From: an uncultured delta proteobacterium
GTDB taxonomy: Bacteria; Myxococcota_A; Polyangia; Fen-1088
DNA length: 64,000 nt
Reading direction: 5' to 3'
Assembly: GCA_963796685.1 (NCBI GenBank)
Contig: CAWCMR010000008.1
Span: 1 to 64,000 of the forward strand
Every line of letters starts with the position of its first letter. Positions within the stretch are counted from its first letter, which is position 1. Below, in pieces: positions 34,077 through 46,988 of this stretch. Under the pieces are notes generated by a model that made no database searches, was not told where the DNA came from, and saw nothing but the letters and a program-made list of their open reading frames with translations. The position numbers and the translations under genes are program-made.

Positions 34077-36353
34077 CTAGACCGGAACGATGTCGGGGCC
34101 TTCGTTCACGATGGCGCGTAGGTCGGCTTCGCTCCGCTTCTTTCCGTCGGCCTCGAACCACACCACGAATTTGCACCCTTCGCGCCACCGGCTGCAGCCC
34201 CAGCCCCGCTTGCCGGCGATGATTTGGCCCTGCTTGCACACGGGACACGCCAGAGCTGCGATACCTTTGCCAATCTCTCGTGACGGGGTCGCAGTGGTCG
34301 ACGGCCCACTTGCCGTCGATCCCCGTGGGGTCTTCTTCGTCTTGCCACCCGGCCTGCGCACGCCCTTCCCCGCCGCAGGTTTCTGCGCGGCCATGGGCAC
34401 GTCCGCCATGGGCGCTGCCGCGCGGATGGCCTCCACGACCTCCTTCACATAGCCCGCGATGTCGGCCATGAAGGTCACGCGTTGTTCCTGCCCACGTGCG
34501 ATGCGAGCCAGGCGAGCCTCCCAATTGCCGGTGAGCTCGGGCGAGGCCAGATTTTGTACCGGCAAGGCCTCGATGAGCCCGATACCCATGGGCGTGGGCA
34601 CGAGATGCTTTCCCTCGCGAGCAACGAAGGCGCGCTTGAGAAGGGTCTCGATGATGGCCGCGCGCGTCGCCGGGGTGCCGAGCCCGCTGTCCTTCATGGC
34701 CGCGCGCATCTCCTCGTCGTCGACCAACTTGCCTGCGTTCTCCATCGCGGACAGCAAGGTCGCCTCGGTGTGGCGCGCGGGCGGTTTGGTCCGCTTGGCC
34801 AGCGTGGAGAAATCGCCGGCCAGACGCTCGCCTTCGGCCAACTGGGGCAGCGTGGTGGTCGCGCTTTCCTCCTCGTCCTCGTCCTTCTTCTTGCTCTTCT
34901 TGCCGGATCTCTCGTCGGCCTCGTCGCCAAAGCCTGCCACCTCTTGCCAGCCGGCGACGGTACGCACGCGCCCGCGCGCGATGAAGCGGTCGGGCGGCGG
35001 TGGCAAGGTGGCGATGGCGGCCGCTTCTTCGACGCCAGGGCCTGTCTTCTCGCCCGCGCCCGACCCCACGCGCACGATGGCCTCCGTCTGCGCGAACTCG
35101 GCGTCGGGAAAGAACGCGCCCAAGAAGCGGCGCACGACCAAATCGAAGATACGCTGCTCGTCGCGCCCCAGCGATTTCGGATCGACAACTTTCCCCGTGG
35201 GGATGATGGCGTGGTGGTCGGAGACCTTGCCGTCGTCGAACACGCGCTTGCTCGGGCGCGGGGGATGGTCGAGCAGAGCGCGTGCAAAGCCCGCGTAGTC
35301 GGCCATCTTCTCGACCCCGCCCACGATGCGCTCCATTTCCTTCACCATGTCGCTGGACAGATGGCGCGCATCGGTGCGCGGATAGGTGAGGATCTTGTGC
35401 CGCTCGTAGAGTGCCTGGGCGACCTCCAGCGTAGCCTTGGCCGAAAGCCCGAAGCGCTTGTTGGCCGTCCGCTGCAAAGACGTCAGATCGAAGAGCAGGG
35501 GGGGCGGCTCGCGCGTCTTGCTCTGCTTGAGGCTCTCCACCACCGGCCCCTGCGGATCCGCGACCGTGGCGTGCCCCCGATCCCGATCCCGCACCGCCTC
35601 GGCCAGGGCGGCGCTGGCGAAGCGACTGGCCTTGCCCAGGACGAAGGTGGCCGGAAATTTCGCGTCGCCGGCCGTGGTGAAGTGGCCCTTGAGCAGCCAG
35701 AAGTCCTGTGGGACGAAGGCGCGAATCTGCTTTTCCCGCTCGACGAGAATGGCCAGCGTCGGTGTCTGCACCCGACCGATGGAGAACAAGGTCGAGCTGT
35801 CACCCCGACGGTGCCGAATGGTCACCGCGCGGGTGGCGTTCAGCCCCACCAACCAGTCGGCCTCGGAGCGGCAGCGGGCGGCGTCGGCCAGGGCTTCCAT
35901 GTCGCGTCCCGACCGCAAGGCCGCGAAGCCTTTGCGAACGGCCTCGTCCGTCAACGACGAGATCCACAGCCGCCGGATGGGGAGGTGGCTACCGGCGAGC
36001 TGATAGACGTAGCGAAAGATGAGCTCGCCCTCGCGGCCGGCGTCGCAGGCATTGATGACCTCGTCAAAACGCTTGTCGCGCAAGAGGTCGCACACCGTCC
36101 GCAACTGGTCGCGTGTGCCCGGCACCGCCCGCAGCTTGAACTCGGCCGGGACCATGGGCAACGTATCCATGCGCCAGGCCTTCCAGCGCCCGTCGTAGCT
36201 GGCCGGTTCGTCCAGCTCGACCAGGTGGCCTATGCACCAGGTGATGACCTTGTCCTTGCCCTCGAAGCAGCCCTTGCCCGATGGACGCACTTCGAGCACG
36301 CGCGCCAAGTCGCGCGCCACGGACGGCTTTTCCGCGATCACCAATTGCACCAT
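34077..36353 (-). CDS. topB: DNA topoisomerase III with C-terminal zinc ribbon
   Basis: IAEKPSVA, DAGREGELIF, GRVQTPTL, catalytic TYPRTD, GLGTPATRA; CPVC...GCSRWREGC. Confidence 0.95.
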   Translation of the reverse strand: MVQLVIAEKPSVARDLARVLEVRPSGKGCFEGKDKVITWCIGHLVELDEPASYDGRWKAWRMDTLPMVPAEFKLRAVPGTRDQLRTVCDLLRDKRFDEVINACDAGREGELIFRYVYQLAGSHLPIRRLWISSLTDEAVRKGFAALRSGRDMEALADAARCRSEADWLVGLNATRAVTIRHRRGDSSTLFSIGRVQTPTLAILVEREKQIRAFVPQDFWLLKGHFTTAGDAKFPATFVLGKASRFASAALAEAVRDRDRGHATVADPQGPVVESLKQSKTREPPPLLFDLTSLQRTANKRFGLSAKATLEVAQALYERHKILTYPRTDARHLSSDMVKEMERIVGGVEKMADYAGFARALLDHPPRPSKRVFDDGKVSDHHAIIPTGKVVDPKSLGRDEQRIFDLVVRRFLGAFFPDAEFAQTEAIVRVGSGAGEKTGPGVEEAAAIATLPPPPDRFIARGRVRTVAGWQEVAGFGDEADERSGKKSKKKDEDEEESATTTLPQLAEGERLAGDFSTLAKRTKPPARHTEATLLSAMENAGKLVDDEEMRAAMKDSGLGTPATRAAIIETLLKRAFVAREGKHLVPTPMGIGLIEALPVQNLASPELTGNWEARLARIARGQEQRVTFMADIAGYVKEVVEAIRAAAPMADVPMAAQKPAAGKGVRRPGGKTKKTPRGSTASGPSTTATPSREIGKGIAALACPVCKQGQIIAGKRGWGCSRWREGCKFVVWFEADGKKRSEADLRAIVNEGPDIVPV

Positions 36354-36419
36354 GGCAGTGTATCGGATGCGGGCGGCAAGCTGTTGCCTTCCGTGCGATC
36401 CGCGGTCGTCAGGAGGGAA

Positions 36420-36830
36420 CTAGTTCAGCGCGTGCGGGGTGGCCAGGCTGAAACAGGGGATGGGAACGTCGATGGTTTCGCCGCCGGTGACCACCATGCT
36501 GTAGCTGCCGTGCATCCAGCCCGAGGGGGTTGGCAGGACGCACCAGCTCGAATAGGCGAAGACCTCTCCTGGATGGATGACAGGATGCTGTCCGACGACG
36601 CCCTCGCCCTCGACCTCGCGCACGTCCTGGTTGGCGTCCGTGATCCACCAGTGACGCGAGCGCAGCTGAACCGTCTTGGTCCCGCGATTTTCAATCTCGA
36701 TTTGATACGAGAACACGTATTGCTTCTGGGTGGCGTGGGACAGATCCGACTCTTCGGGGCGGAAGGTGCTCACGGCCCTGACGACGATATCGTCGTCCTG
36801 TGCTCTCGGTTCTTGCTGGAAGCCAGGCAT
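36420..36830 (-). CDS. apaG: ApaG protein
   Basis: YVFSYQIEIEN, VQLRSRHWWITD, EVEGEGVVGQHP, GWMHGSY. Confidence 0.95.
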   Translation of the reverse strand: MPGFQQEPRAQDDDIVVRAVSTFRPEESDLSHATQKQYVFSYQIEIENRGTKTVQLRSRHWWITDANQDVREVEGEGVVGQHPVIHPGEVFAYSSWCVLPTPSGWMHGSYSMVVTGGETIDVPIPCFSLATPHALN

Positions 36831-36855
36831 GTTTCTCCTCGTGCCGTAGTTGCGA

Positions 36856-36929
36856 TGGCGGAGCCGGGCTTTGCCCGGCGAAGCCAAAAAGTGGGAGGGA
36901 ATGGGAACCCTCCCAGGGTTCCCATATCA
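36856..36929. repeat. Palindromic dispersed repeat (REP-like family A), copy 3, inverted
   Basis: Reverse complement reads tgatatgggaaccctgggagggttcccattccctcccactttttggcttcgccgggcaaagcccggctccgcc, matching 20048-20120. Confidence 0.85.
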
Positions 36930-36998
36930 ACGGTTTCTCGATGGTGTATGTCAGTCTACTGCATGGAATTCCGAATGCGGTGGCAAGATGATGTGCCC

Positions 36999-38796
36999 AT
37001 GAACACCCCACGTCGTAGGTTCACCAGGACTTGCCACGCGCTACCGCTGGCTGTGGCCCTCATCTGGCCGGCCGCCCGCGCGCAGGCCGCGGCGGTGCCG
37101 CTTACCCAAGGCGATGTCGTGCTCGCCCTCTACGCTTCCGATGGCAGCTCTTCGCGCAACCTCGGCGCCGGCACCCTCGCCGGATACTTCGGCGCCCATC
37201 GCTGCAACTGCCCCGTCACCCTTTCGCCCGTGGTTCAGCTCACGACCTCAGGCCAGACCGACCTCGGAAATTCCACGGTTGCGGTCAATTTTCTCCTGGG
37301 GGCGAACTGTCTGGCTGCACCCGCGTCCTGCGCCTCACTGGGCCAGGTCTCCTTCAGCGCAGCCCAATCGGCAGCCTCGCCGACCTTCAACAGCGCTCTC
37401 GTCTACCAGGCCGCGGCAGGCGGCACGACGTTTGCCTGCGATAGCCTGGCTGCAGGCTCGACGACCCTGTGGGCGGTTCTTGCCCAGGACGGGGTCGCAC
37501 TGTCCTTCGCGCTGAGCATGGACCTGCCGATTATCACGACCACGGTCGGGGCGCCCACCGCTGTCACCGCACTGGGCGCGGACAAAGGGATCCTCGTCAC
37601 CTGGACGCCACCGGCGGACACCTCGCTGGTCACGGGCTACCAGGTGCTGTGCTTGCCTCCTCCAGCGACAGCATCGACCGCTGGCTACGAAAGCTGCTTT
37701 CCCGCCGACAGCGTGGACGCGGCAAGCCTATCCCCCAGGGATTCCAGCGAGGTTTGTTCGAAGTTGGTCTCGGCCACGTCGACATCGCAGCGCTTGAGCG
37801 GGCTCGTGAACGGGACGCCCTACACCGTGGCCGTGATTGCCATCGACCCGAGCGGCGGGGTCAGCGCGCTTTCGCCGCTGGCCACAGCGATACCCCAGCC
37901 GACCATCGGCTTCTACGAGAAGTACAAGGAAGACGGTGGCGCGGCCACAGCTTGCGCCGTGGAGCCGTCGCCGGGATCGCATCGCCCGGGGCTGCTATGG
38001 GTTGCACTCGTGGCAGCCCTGTTCGTGACGCGAGCCTGGCGTCGGCGCGCTTGGCGAAGGGCCGGCAGAGCCTCGCTGGTCATCCTCGCCGCGACGGCCA
38101 TCAGCGCAACCTCCCGCGCACAAGATCTGCCGGAGAAGAGCAACTTCGACTGGGCCGCGAATCCGTCGGCGCAGGGGGCCGTTACGCCGCCAGACTGGGG
38201 TTTGGAAGCTCGGGGTCTCGCTCTATCGCCCGGCCATCGACAGCGAATTTGGCAGCGGGCTTCACCCCTACGCCGACATCTTCGGCTCCTCTCGCCATCT
38301 CATGTCCGAGGCGGAGGTCGACCGTTACCTCGGCCACCCCTTCGGCTCGTGGGGTCTGGGCCTACGCATCGGTTACTGCAAGCTCACCGGGACGGCCTTC
38401 TATACCGATGGGGTCACGCCCAGCGGAGACGAGACCGGCCTGCGTTTGATTCCCTTCTCCCTGTCCGCGCTCTACCGCGCCGACGGGGTTCCCGGCTTGC
38501 GCGTGGTGCCGCTGATTCCGTATGCGAAGGCCGGGCTCGATGCGGTGGTGTGGACCGCAACCCGCACGGGCGACAGCGCCTCGCACACCGGAGTCACGCT
38601 GGGCTGGCACGTGGCTGCAGGCATGGCGCTCGGGTTGAGCTCGCTTGGCCTGGGCTCCGTCAAGGCTGGCGAGGTTGCCGGCCCTGGCGCGCTCTTCTTC
38701 GAGTGGGACTACGCCGCCATCAACGGCCTTGGCCTGGGTGGCGAATTGCACGTCGGCGACAGCACCTGGGTCGCGGGCTTGATGTTCGACCTTTAG
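36999..38796 (+). CDS. FN3-domain surface protein with internal MYXO-CTERM-like segment fused to an outer-membrane beta-barrel (MXAN_2561/2562-like); one apparent frameshift near 38206
   Basis: Signal peptide, Cys-rich N-domain, FN3 (VTWTPP...GLVNGTPYTVAVIAID), FYEKYKEDGG..C + TM + RRR, then LELGVSLYRPAIDSEF...GLMFDL. Confidence 0.75.
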
Positions 38797-38816
38797 CGCT
38801 CGTCCGGGAAGCGCGA

Positions 38817-39107
38817 CTATTTCGTGTACTTCACGGGATCCTTGTCGAAGGCCTTCTTGCAGCCGGCGCAGCAGAAATACACATATTTTCCCTTGTATTC
38901 GGCATGCACGGTGTCCTTGGCGATGGTGAATTGCTCGCCCGTGACAGGACACGTGGCCTTGGTGCCTTCCTTCTGCGGCGACGTGAAGACCTTGGGTGGG
39001 GCTTGGCTGGCGGCCGCGACCGGGGCAGCGGTGGACTTGGCCAACAGCGGCGGTGTGGCCACGAACGTGAAACCGGCAAGGATCAATGCGGTGAGAATCG
39101 ACTTCAT
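38817..39107 (-). CDS. Secreted YHS/TRASH-domain metal-binding protein
   Basis: Signal peptide; CPVTGE...YKGKYVYFCCAGCKKAFDKDP. Confidence 0.85.
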   Translation of the reverse strand: MKSILTALILAGFTFVATPPLLAKSTAAPVAAASQAPPKVFTSPQKEGTKATCPVTGEQFTIAKDTVHAEYKGKYVYFCCAGCKKAFDKDPVKYTK

Positions 39108-39225
39108 GGTGACGGCTCCTTCTTGGTCGCGCTTGGTCGCGGCCTACGCGCCGAGCGATGATTCAGCTTGGAATCGACGTATCTTGGGAGATTCGCACGC
39201 CTCCATCCAGGCGATTCTGCACCCC

Positions 39226-40977
39226 CTATTGGCTGAACTTGACGACCACGGGCCTGGCACCGATCGCCACCGTGGTTTCCACCAGCACGCTGCGCTGTTC
39301 CGGCGGCACGAAGATGCCAACCACGTGTTTTCCGGCAGCGACCGGCATCATTTTGGCGGGACAGAGCAGTCCGGTTTCCTCCTCGTCGATCAAGATGGGA
39401 AACTCTCCGGCGGTTCGGCATTCCACGTCGATGAATCCGTTCCCCCGCGTGGGCGGCTCGACGGGGACCAGCGTCCGCCGCACGATGGTTCCACGACCTG
39501 TGTCCACCACATCGCGAAACATGCGACGCCCAGGCGCGATCACCACGATACGATGTCCGCCCTCTCCGACCATGATGTCGGCGAAGGTCTTGCCCTTGAG
39601 CGCCCCGTCCACCCAAACCGACGCCCCGGGCGGGACCGTCTCCACGATCAGGTGCCCGGCCACGCGCGCGAGCACCGGCTCGCTCAAGGCGTTTTCCGGC
39701 GCCGGCCGCTCTTCGCCCACCCTGGCCTGCGCCATCGCGCCGCCCGGATTGCGTGCCATAGCAGGCGTCTCCACGATGAGCCTGCTTTCGCGCGCTCGGC
39801 CCTGCGAAGCCTCCCCACGCTCGCGCCGGGAGCTGTACGCCAGCAACAGCCCGCCCGCCGCCATCAAGGACAGGACCAAGGCAGCGAGGACACCGTGGCG
39901 ACGGGAGCGCACGGGCTTCGCGGACGACTCGTCCTGTCTCGCGCCCTCCGCCGCGTCACAGGCGAGGACCGGTGGCTTGACGGATGGTGGCTCGAGCGTC
40001 TCGGACGTGCCCCCTGCCACCGACGCCTCGTTCGCGCGCCAGGCTCCGGTCTCGGCGATATGCAGTCCCTCGGCGATAAGCTGCCGCCGCTCGCGCGCGG
40101 CACCGACCCCGCCTGCCAACCACTCCACCAGCATGGCCGCGGACTCGGGCCGATCTTCTGGCTCGGGGGAAAGCAGGGTGCGCAGGGCCGCGCCAAGGTT
40201 GCTGGAAACGCCGGGAATGTCGGATAGGTCGGTGAGGGCGAGCCGGGTGGGTCGCGTGCGCGCCTCCGGACCTGCCGGTGCGTGGCCGGTGACGAGGAAA
40301 TGAACCAGCGCTCCCAGCGAGTACAAGTCCGCAGCCATACTCTGCCGGTCGCTCAGCCGGGCCGCGACCACATCCACCCCTTGCAGCTCCGGGGCAACGA
40401 ACGCCCAGCGCTCAGGCGGCTGTTCGGTGACGGCGCGAAAGGTGGCCGCCATGCCGCAGTCCAAGAGCACGACCTCGCCGGTGGCCATCACCATCACGTT
40501 GTGGGGGCCGAGGCCGAGATGGCACAGCATGGGTTTGGCCGAGTGGCCGACGTAGAGCAGGCGGGCGATTTCCGACCCTATCAGGCCTGCCAAGGTCGGA
40601 TCGACGACGGTGCCGTCCGATCGCCCGCCTCGGCTTTGCTCCACGAGCCGGGCCAGATCGGTTCCGGAGACGTGCTCGGTCACCACGAAGACTGAGGCAG
40701 GATCCTCGGAAAGGTCGACGACCTTGGCGAATCCCGGCCGATGGAAGTCGCGCAATTGCCGGCCAGCGGCGAGAAAACGTCGCGCAACGTCGGCGTAGGC
40801 GTTCTCGGCGATGCGATCGGAGCGCAAGAGCTTGAGCGCAACCAATGTTTCGGTCCTGCCCTGCCCGGGCTCGCCGGACGCATCCGGCGCAAGGTGCGCC
40901 AGGTAGGTTTCACTGACGCCACCCGGGCCGAGTAGCCCCTCGACGATATACTTGCCCAAGCGGAGGGAAGGAGGCAC
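39226..40977 (-). CDS. Membrane Ser/Thr pseudokinase with PEGA domains (paralog 1)
   Basis: VALK kept; catalytic loop HLGLGPHN, DCG, APE, DLYSLG; TM; ETVPPGASVWVDG PEGA. Confidence 0.85.
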   Translation of the reverse strand: MPPSLRLGKYIVEGLLGPGGVSETYLAHLAPDASGEPGQGRTETLVALKLLRSDRIAENAYADVARRFLAAGRQLRDFHRPGFAKVVDLSEDPASVFVVTEHVSGTDLARLVEQSRGGRSDGTVVDPTLAGLIGSEIARLLYVGHSAKPMLCHLGLGPHNVMVMATGEVVLLDCGMAATFRAVTEQPPERWAFVAPELQGVDVVAARLSDRQSMAADLYSLGALVHFLVTGHAPAGPEARTRPTRLALTDLSDIPGVSSNLGAALRTLLSPEPEDRPESAAMLVEWLAGGVGAARERRQLIAEGLHIAETGAWRANEASVAGGTSETLEPPSVKPPVLACDAAEGARQDESSAKPVRSRRHGVLAALVLSLMAAGGLLLAYSSRRERGEASQGRARESRLIVETPAMARNPGGAMAQARVGEERPAPENALSEPVLARVAGHLIVETVPPGASVWVDGALKGKTFADIMVGEGGHRIVVIAPGRRMFRDVVDTGRGTIVRRTLVPVEPPTRGNGFIDVECRTAGEFPILIDEEETGLLCPAKMMPVAAGKHVVGIFVPPEQRSVLVETTVAIGARPVVVKFSQ

Positions 40978-41058
40978 GGTTTTCCATTGTAGGCCAGACC
41001 GAAGCTCCGCGCTGGATCCGATGCGCGGTGATCGAGGTCTGGCCCCGCCGTCGGGTCT

Positions 41059-41667
41059 TCACGCCGCCGTGTCGAGCGGTCGCGGGCAGACCGCACGCAG
41101 CTTGCACGGCGCACACTCGGCCCCGCGCCAGATGGAGTCGAAGTATCCCTGTACTTCGTCAAGCAGCAGATCGTCCCGACTGCACAGCCCCACCTCGAAG
41201 TTGCGCCTGCCCTCGCCCTTGGCGCCCAGCCCCGCGCCGGTCCAGTTGGCGCTGCCGAGATAGAGCATGGTGCCGTCGACGATCACGGCCTTGAAGTGCA
41301 CACGCGGACACAGGTGCAACGAGAACGAGCCCCCGCATGGGCGACGCAGGCCAGGGCGCCGGCGCAGCTCCTCGCGAAAGGGCCGCGACGGTTCGGACGC
41401 GTGCAGGATGCGAATCTCGACCCCGCGCATGACCTGCTCCTCGAAGACCCCGAGCACCGACCGGTACTCGCCCTGACGCCCGAGGGCTCGCCGTCGGCCC
41501 GGCCGCGCGTGCTCCTCCTCGACCATCAGCTCCTTCAGGTTCGCGGTGGCAATCCACAGACTGCGCTCCGCGTTCATCGCGGCCTTGACCACGGATTCGT
41601 AGTGCCCGCGTCCAGCGACCAATGCGAGGTTTATCGGACGGTGCTGACGAACGAAGTCCATGGCCAC
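41059..41667 (-). CDS. Single-HKD phospholipase D/nuclease-like protein
   Basis: HFKAVIVDG...GSANWTGAG...NFEVG; C-terminal CxxCxxxxxC. Confidence 0.85.
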   Translation of the reverse strand: MAMDFVRQHRPINLALVAGRGHYESVVKAAMNAERSLWIATANLKELMVEEEHARPGRRRALGRQGEYRSVLGVFEEQVMRGVEIRILHASEPSRPFREELRRRPGLRRPCGGSFSLHLCPRVHFKAVIVDGTMLYLGSANWTGAGLGAKGEGRRNFEVGLCSRDDLLLDEVQGYFDSIWRGAECAPCKLRAVCPRPLDTAA

Positions 41668-41814
41668 CTGCAGCCTGCCCCGACCCCGCGCAACATTCCA
41701 GTTTCACCACCGAGAAGATTCGGAGGCCTCCGTGTAAAGCTCTTCGCCCCCTGCGTGGAACTTTCTGCTCAACTTTGCTCGTCCGAGACGACTTCGATGT
41801 AGTATTCCGCCGGG

Positions 41815-44565
<2,751 letters not shown>

Positions 44566-44567
44566 GT

Positions 44568-46388
44568 TCAGTAACTGAACTGCACGCGGTGGGGGTGCTC
44601 GGCGACGATCTCTCGGTCCAATGTCCAGATGCGGTTCTCGGGAATCACGAACACCCCGACCATGTGCCTGCCCGGATCGAGCCGCACGCCCGCGATGGGG
44701 CAGAACGCGCCGATCTCCTTGCCGTCGATGAAGACCGGGTATTTGCCCTCGGTGGCGCAAGCCACGTTGAGCCCCACGCTGCCGGTTAGGGGGAAGATGG
44801 CCGGGACCATCTCACGTTCGAACACCGCGCCTTTGCTGGTGTCGATCACGTCGCGCAACATGCGATAGCCGGAGGCCGTGATCACCAGTCGGTGCGCTCC
44901 CGGCAACGTCAAGATGGTGGAAGGCGCGCTTCCCACTTCCTTGCCGTCGAGCCAAACCGCCGCCCCGGGGGGAGAAACCTTGAGCACCAGATGGCCTGGC
45001 GGAATCGCCGGGACGTCCGGCAGCTTGGGCTTCGCCGCCTCCAGCCGTGCGCGCTCGGCGGCCAAGGCATCGTCCCTTTGCTGTCCTTGCGCACGCGCTG
45101 CGCGCCAGCTTTGAGCGAAAAAGTAGCCCTCGACCGCGACCAGCACGACCACCACCGCCACCGGCACCCAAGCGTAGCGAAAAATCCTGCGCGCGAAGGC
45201 ACTCTTGGTCCACTCAAGCAGGCGGATGGCCCTGCGTCGACGCCGACGCTTCACCGTCCCATCGGCGGCGACCTCGACTTCGTCGTCCTCGTCCTCGTCG
45301 TCGAAAACCGCGCCTACATCGGGATCATCCGCCGAAATACCGTTGCGCACGTTCTCGTGCATGCCCGTCGGCCCCGCCTGTGGCACGAAGACGAAAGGCC
45401 GGACCGCCTCGGCCTCCTCGGCATCGCTTCCAGTGGAGGCCTTCGGGATCGACGACGGCGTTTGCACTTCCGGTTCGGGCCACGGCCGATCGTCACCCAT
45501 GGCGCGTGCATCTTGCCGAAGCATCTTGGGAGGCGGGATGGCGAAGCCGAGCCCGGCGTTGGCCGAGAGCAGCGCCACCGAGATCTGGCGCGCAGCCTCG
45601 CCCGCCGACTTGGGCCGATCCGCCGCCGCGTAGGAAAGCAACCGGGCCATGACATTGGCCACAGCAGGGTGAAGACCCTCGAGAACAGGCGGCCCCTGGG
45701 CAAGGCGATGCGCGAGCTCCTCGGGCGTGCTTGCCTCACCGGGCGGCCGGCCGTAGCAAAGGAAGTGCATCAGCGCGCCGAGAGCATAGAGATCGGAGGC
45801 CTGGCCGCCCGCCTCCCCACGCAACTGCTCGGGCGCGGCGTAGCGCCAACTCTCGCTCGGCCAGCCCGTCTCGAAACGCAGCGCCTCGCCGATGCCACAG
45901 TCGAGGAGGAGGATGTCGCCGGTGGGCCGGATCAGCACGTTCCCAGGCGACAGGCTGCCGTGCTTGCGCGGTCCATCGGGCTGGGCATGAAGGGGCGAAA
46001 GCCGCTCGGCGAGCTTGCGTCCCACGAGGCCGACCAGGCGAGCATCCATGAGACCAACGCCTGCGACCGCTTGCGCCCGCAGCTGGCGCAGGTCCACGCC
46101 TTCCTTGAATTCGAACGCGGCGAAGACCGGCCCGGGGCTCTCTCCGATCTCCACGACATTGGCCGTGCCCGGCAGCGACGACCACTGCAGCGCGCGAGCT
46201 GCCTCTACGAAACGCGATGTGACCTCGGACCGAGGCGAGTCGTCGCGCAGCACCTTGAGCGTGAAGATCTGCGCCTCGACCGCGGACAGAGGTTCGAGCG
46301 CGCGTGCCCGATAGGTCATGGTCACGCTGCCCTGGCCGAGCAAGGCCTCGGGCAGATAACGACCCAGGCGCGCACCGTTCGCGCTCAT
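44568..46388 (-). CDS. Membrane Ser/Thr pseudokinase with PEGA domains (paralog 2)
   Basis: ATG 46388; TLK, catalytic loop HGSLSPGN, DCG, YAAPE, DLYALG; acidic tract, TM, KVSPPGAAVWLDG PEGA. Confidence 0.85.
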   Translation of the reverse strand: MSANGARLGRYLPEALLGQGSVTMTYRARALEPLSAVEAQIFTLKVLRDDSPRSEVTSRFVEAARALQWSSLPGTANVVEIGESPGPVFAAFEFKEGVDLRQLRAQAVAGVGLMDARLVGLVGRKLAERLSPLHAQPDGPRKHGSLSPGNVLIRPTGDILLLDCGIGEALRFETGWPSESWRYAAPEQLRGEAGGQASDLYALGALMHFLCYGRPPGEASTPEELAHRLAQGPPVLEGLHPAVANVMARLLSYAAADRPKSAGEAARQISVALLSANAGLGFAIPPPKMLRQDARAMGDDRPWPEPEVQTPSSIPKASTGSDAEEAEAVRPFVFVPQAGPTGMHENVRNGISADDPDVGAVFDDEDEDDEVEVAADGTVKRRRRRRAIRLLEWTKSAFARRIFRYAWVPVAVVVVLVAVEGYFFAQSWRAARAQGQQRDDALAAERARLEAAKPKLPDVPAIPPGHLVLKVSPPGAAVWLDGKEVGSAPSTILTLPGAHRLVITASGYRMLRDVIDTSKGAVFEREMVPAIFPLTGSVGLNVACATEGKYPVFIDGKEIGAFCPIAGVRLDPGRHMVGVFVIPENRIWTLDREIVAEHPHRVQFSY

Positions 46389-46471
46389 GCGTACGAACCC
46401 CTCATGCCCCGAACCATCGACGGATCGCCGCAAGCCCTGGAATTCATCCGCAAACTTCAAGACCTGACGCG

Positions 46472-46942
46472 TTAGCGAGGTGCGCAGGCTCGCTGGCGAA
46501 CGACCTCGAACATGGCCACGCCAGCAGTCGTCGACAAATTGATCGAACGCAGGCTCGGTTCGACCATGGGGATGCGTACGGCACGTTCGCGGTACCGAGC
46601 CAACAGCGCTTTGGGCAACCCCACGCTCTCGCGACCGAACACCAGCGCCACGTCAGCGGGATACTTCACCTCCCAAAAGGTCCGCGACGCCTGTGAGGAA
46701 AAGAAGAAGGGCTCGCCCAGCTCCGGCAGCTTCTGCTCGATGGCCTCCCAGCTTGGCCACACATGCAAACGCACGCTCGGCCAATAGTCCAGGCCGGCAC
46801 GGAGCAGATAGCGGTCGTCCAGCGAGAAGCCCAGCGGCTCGACCAGGTGCAGATCCGCGCCCGCGGCCAAGGTTGTTCGACCGATATTGCCCGTGTTCCA
46901 GTGGATTTCGGGTTCGACCAGGATGACATGTAGGGAAGGCAC
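46472..46942 (-). CDS. trmL: tRNA (cytidine/uridine34-2'-O)-methyltransferase
   Basis: LVEPEIHWNTGNIGR, RAGLDYW, LVFGRESVGLP, RSINLS (SPOUT motifs). Confidence 0.92.
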   Translation of the reverse strand: MPSLHVILVEPEIHWNTGNIGRTTLAAGADLHLVEPLGFSLDDRYLLRAGLDYWPSVRLHVWPSWEAIEQKLPELGEPFFFSSQASRTFWEVKYPADVALVFGRESVGLPKALLARYRERAVRIPMVEPSLRSINLSTTAGVAMFEVVRQRACAPR

Positions 46943-46988
46943 GACTTCGACTCGCGAAGAACATAATATGGTGGGGAACCGATTTTCC

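Noticed and set aside
34482-39161. 1559-aa plus-strand ORF as a giant protein
   Set aside because: Its first ~840 aa are the stop-free antisense of topB and apaG; the real gene begins at ATG 36999 with a signal peptide
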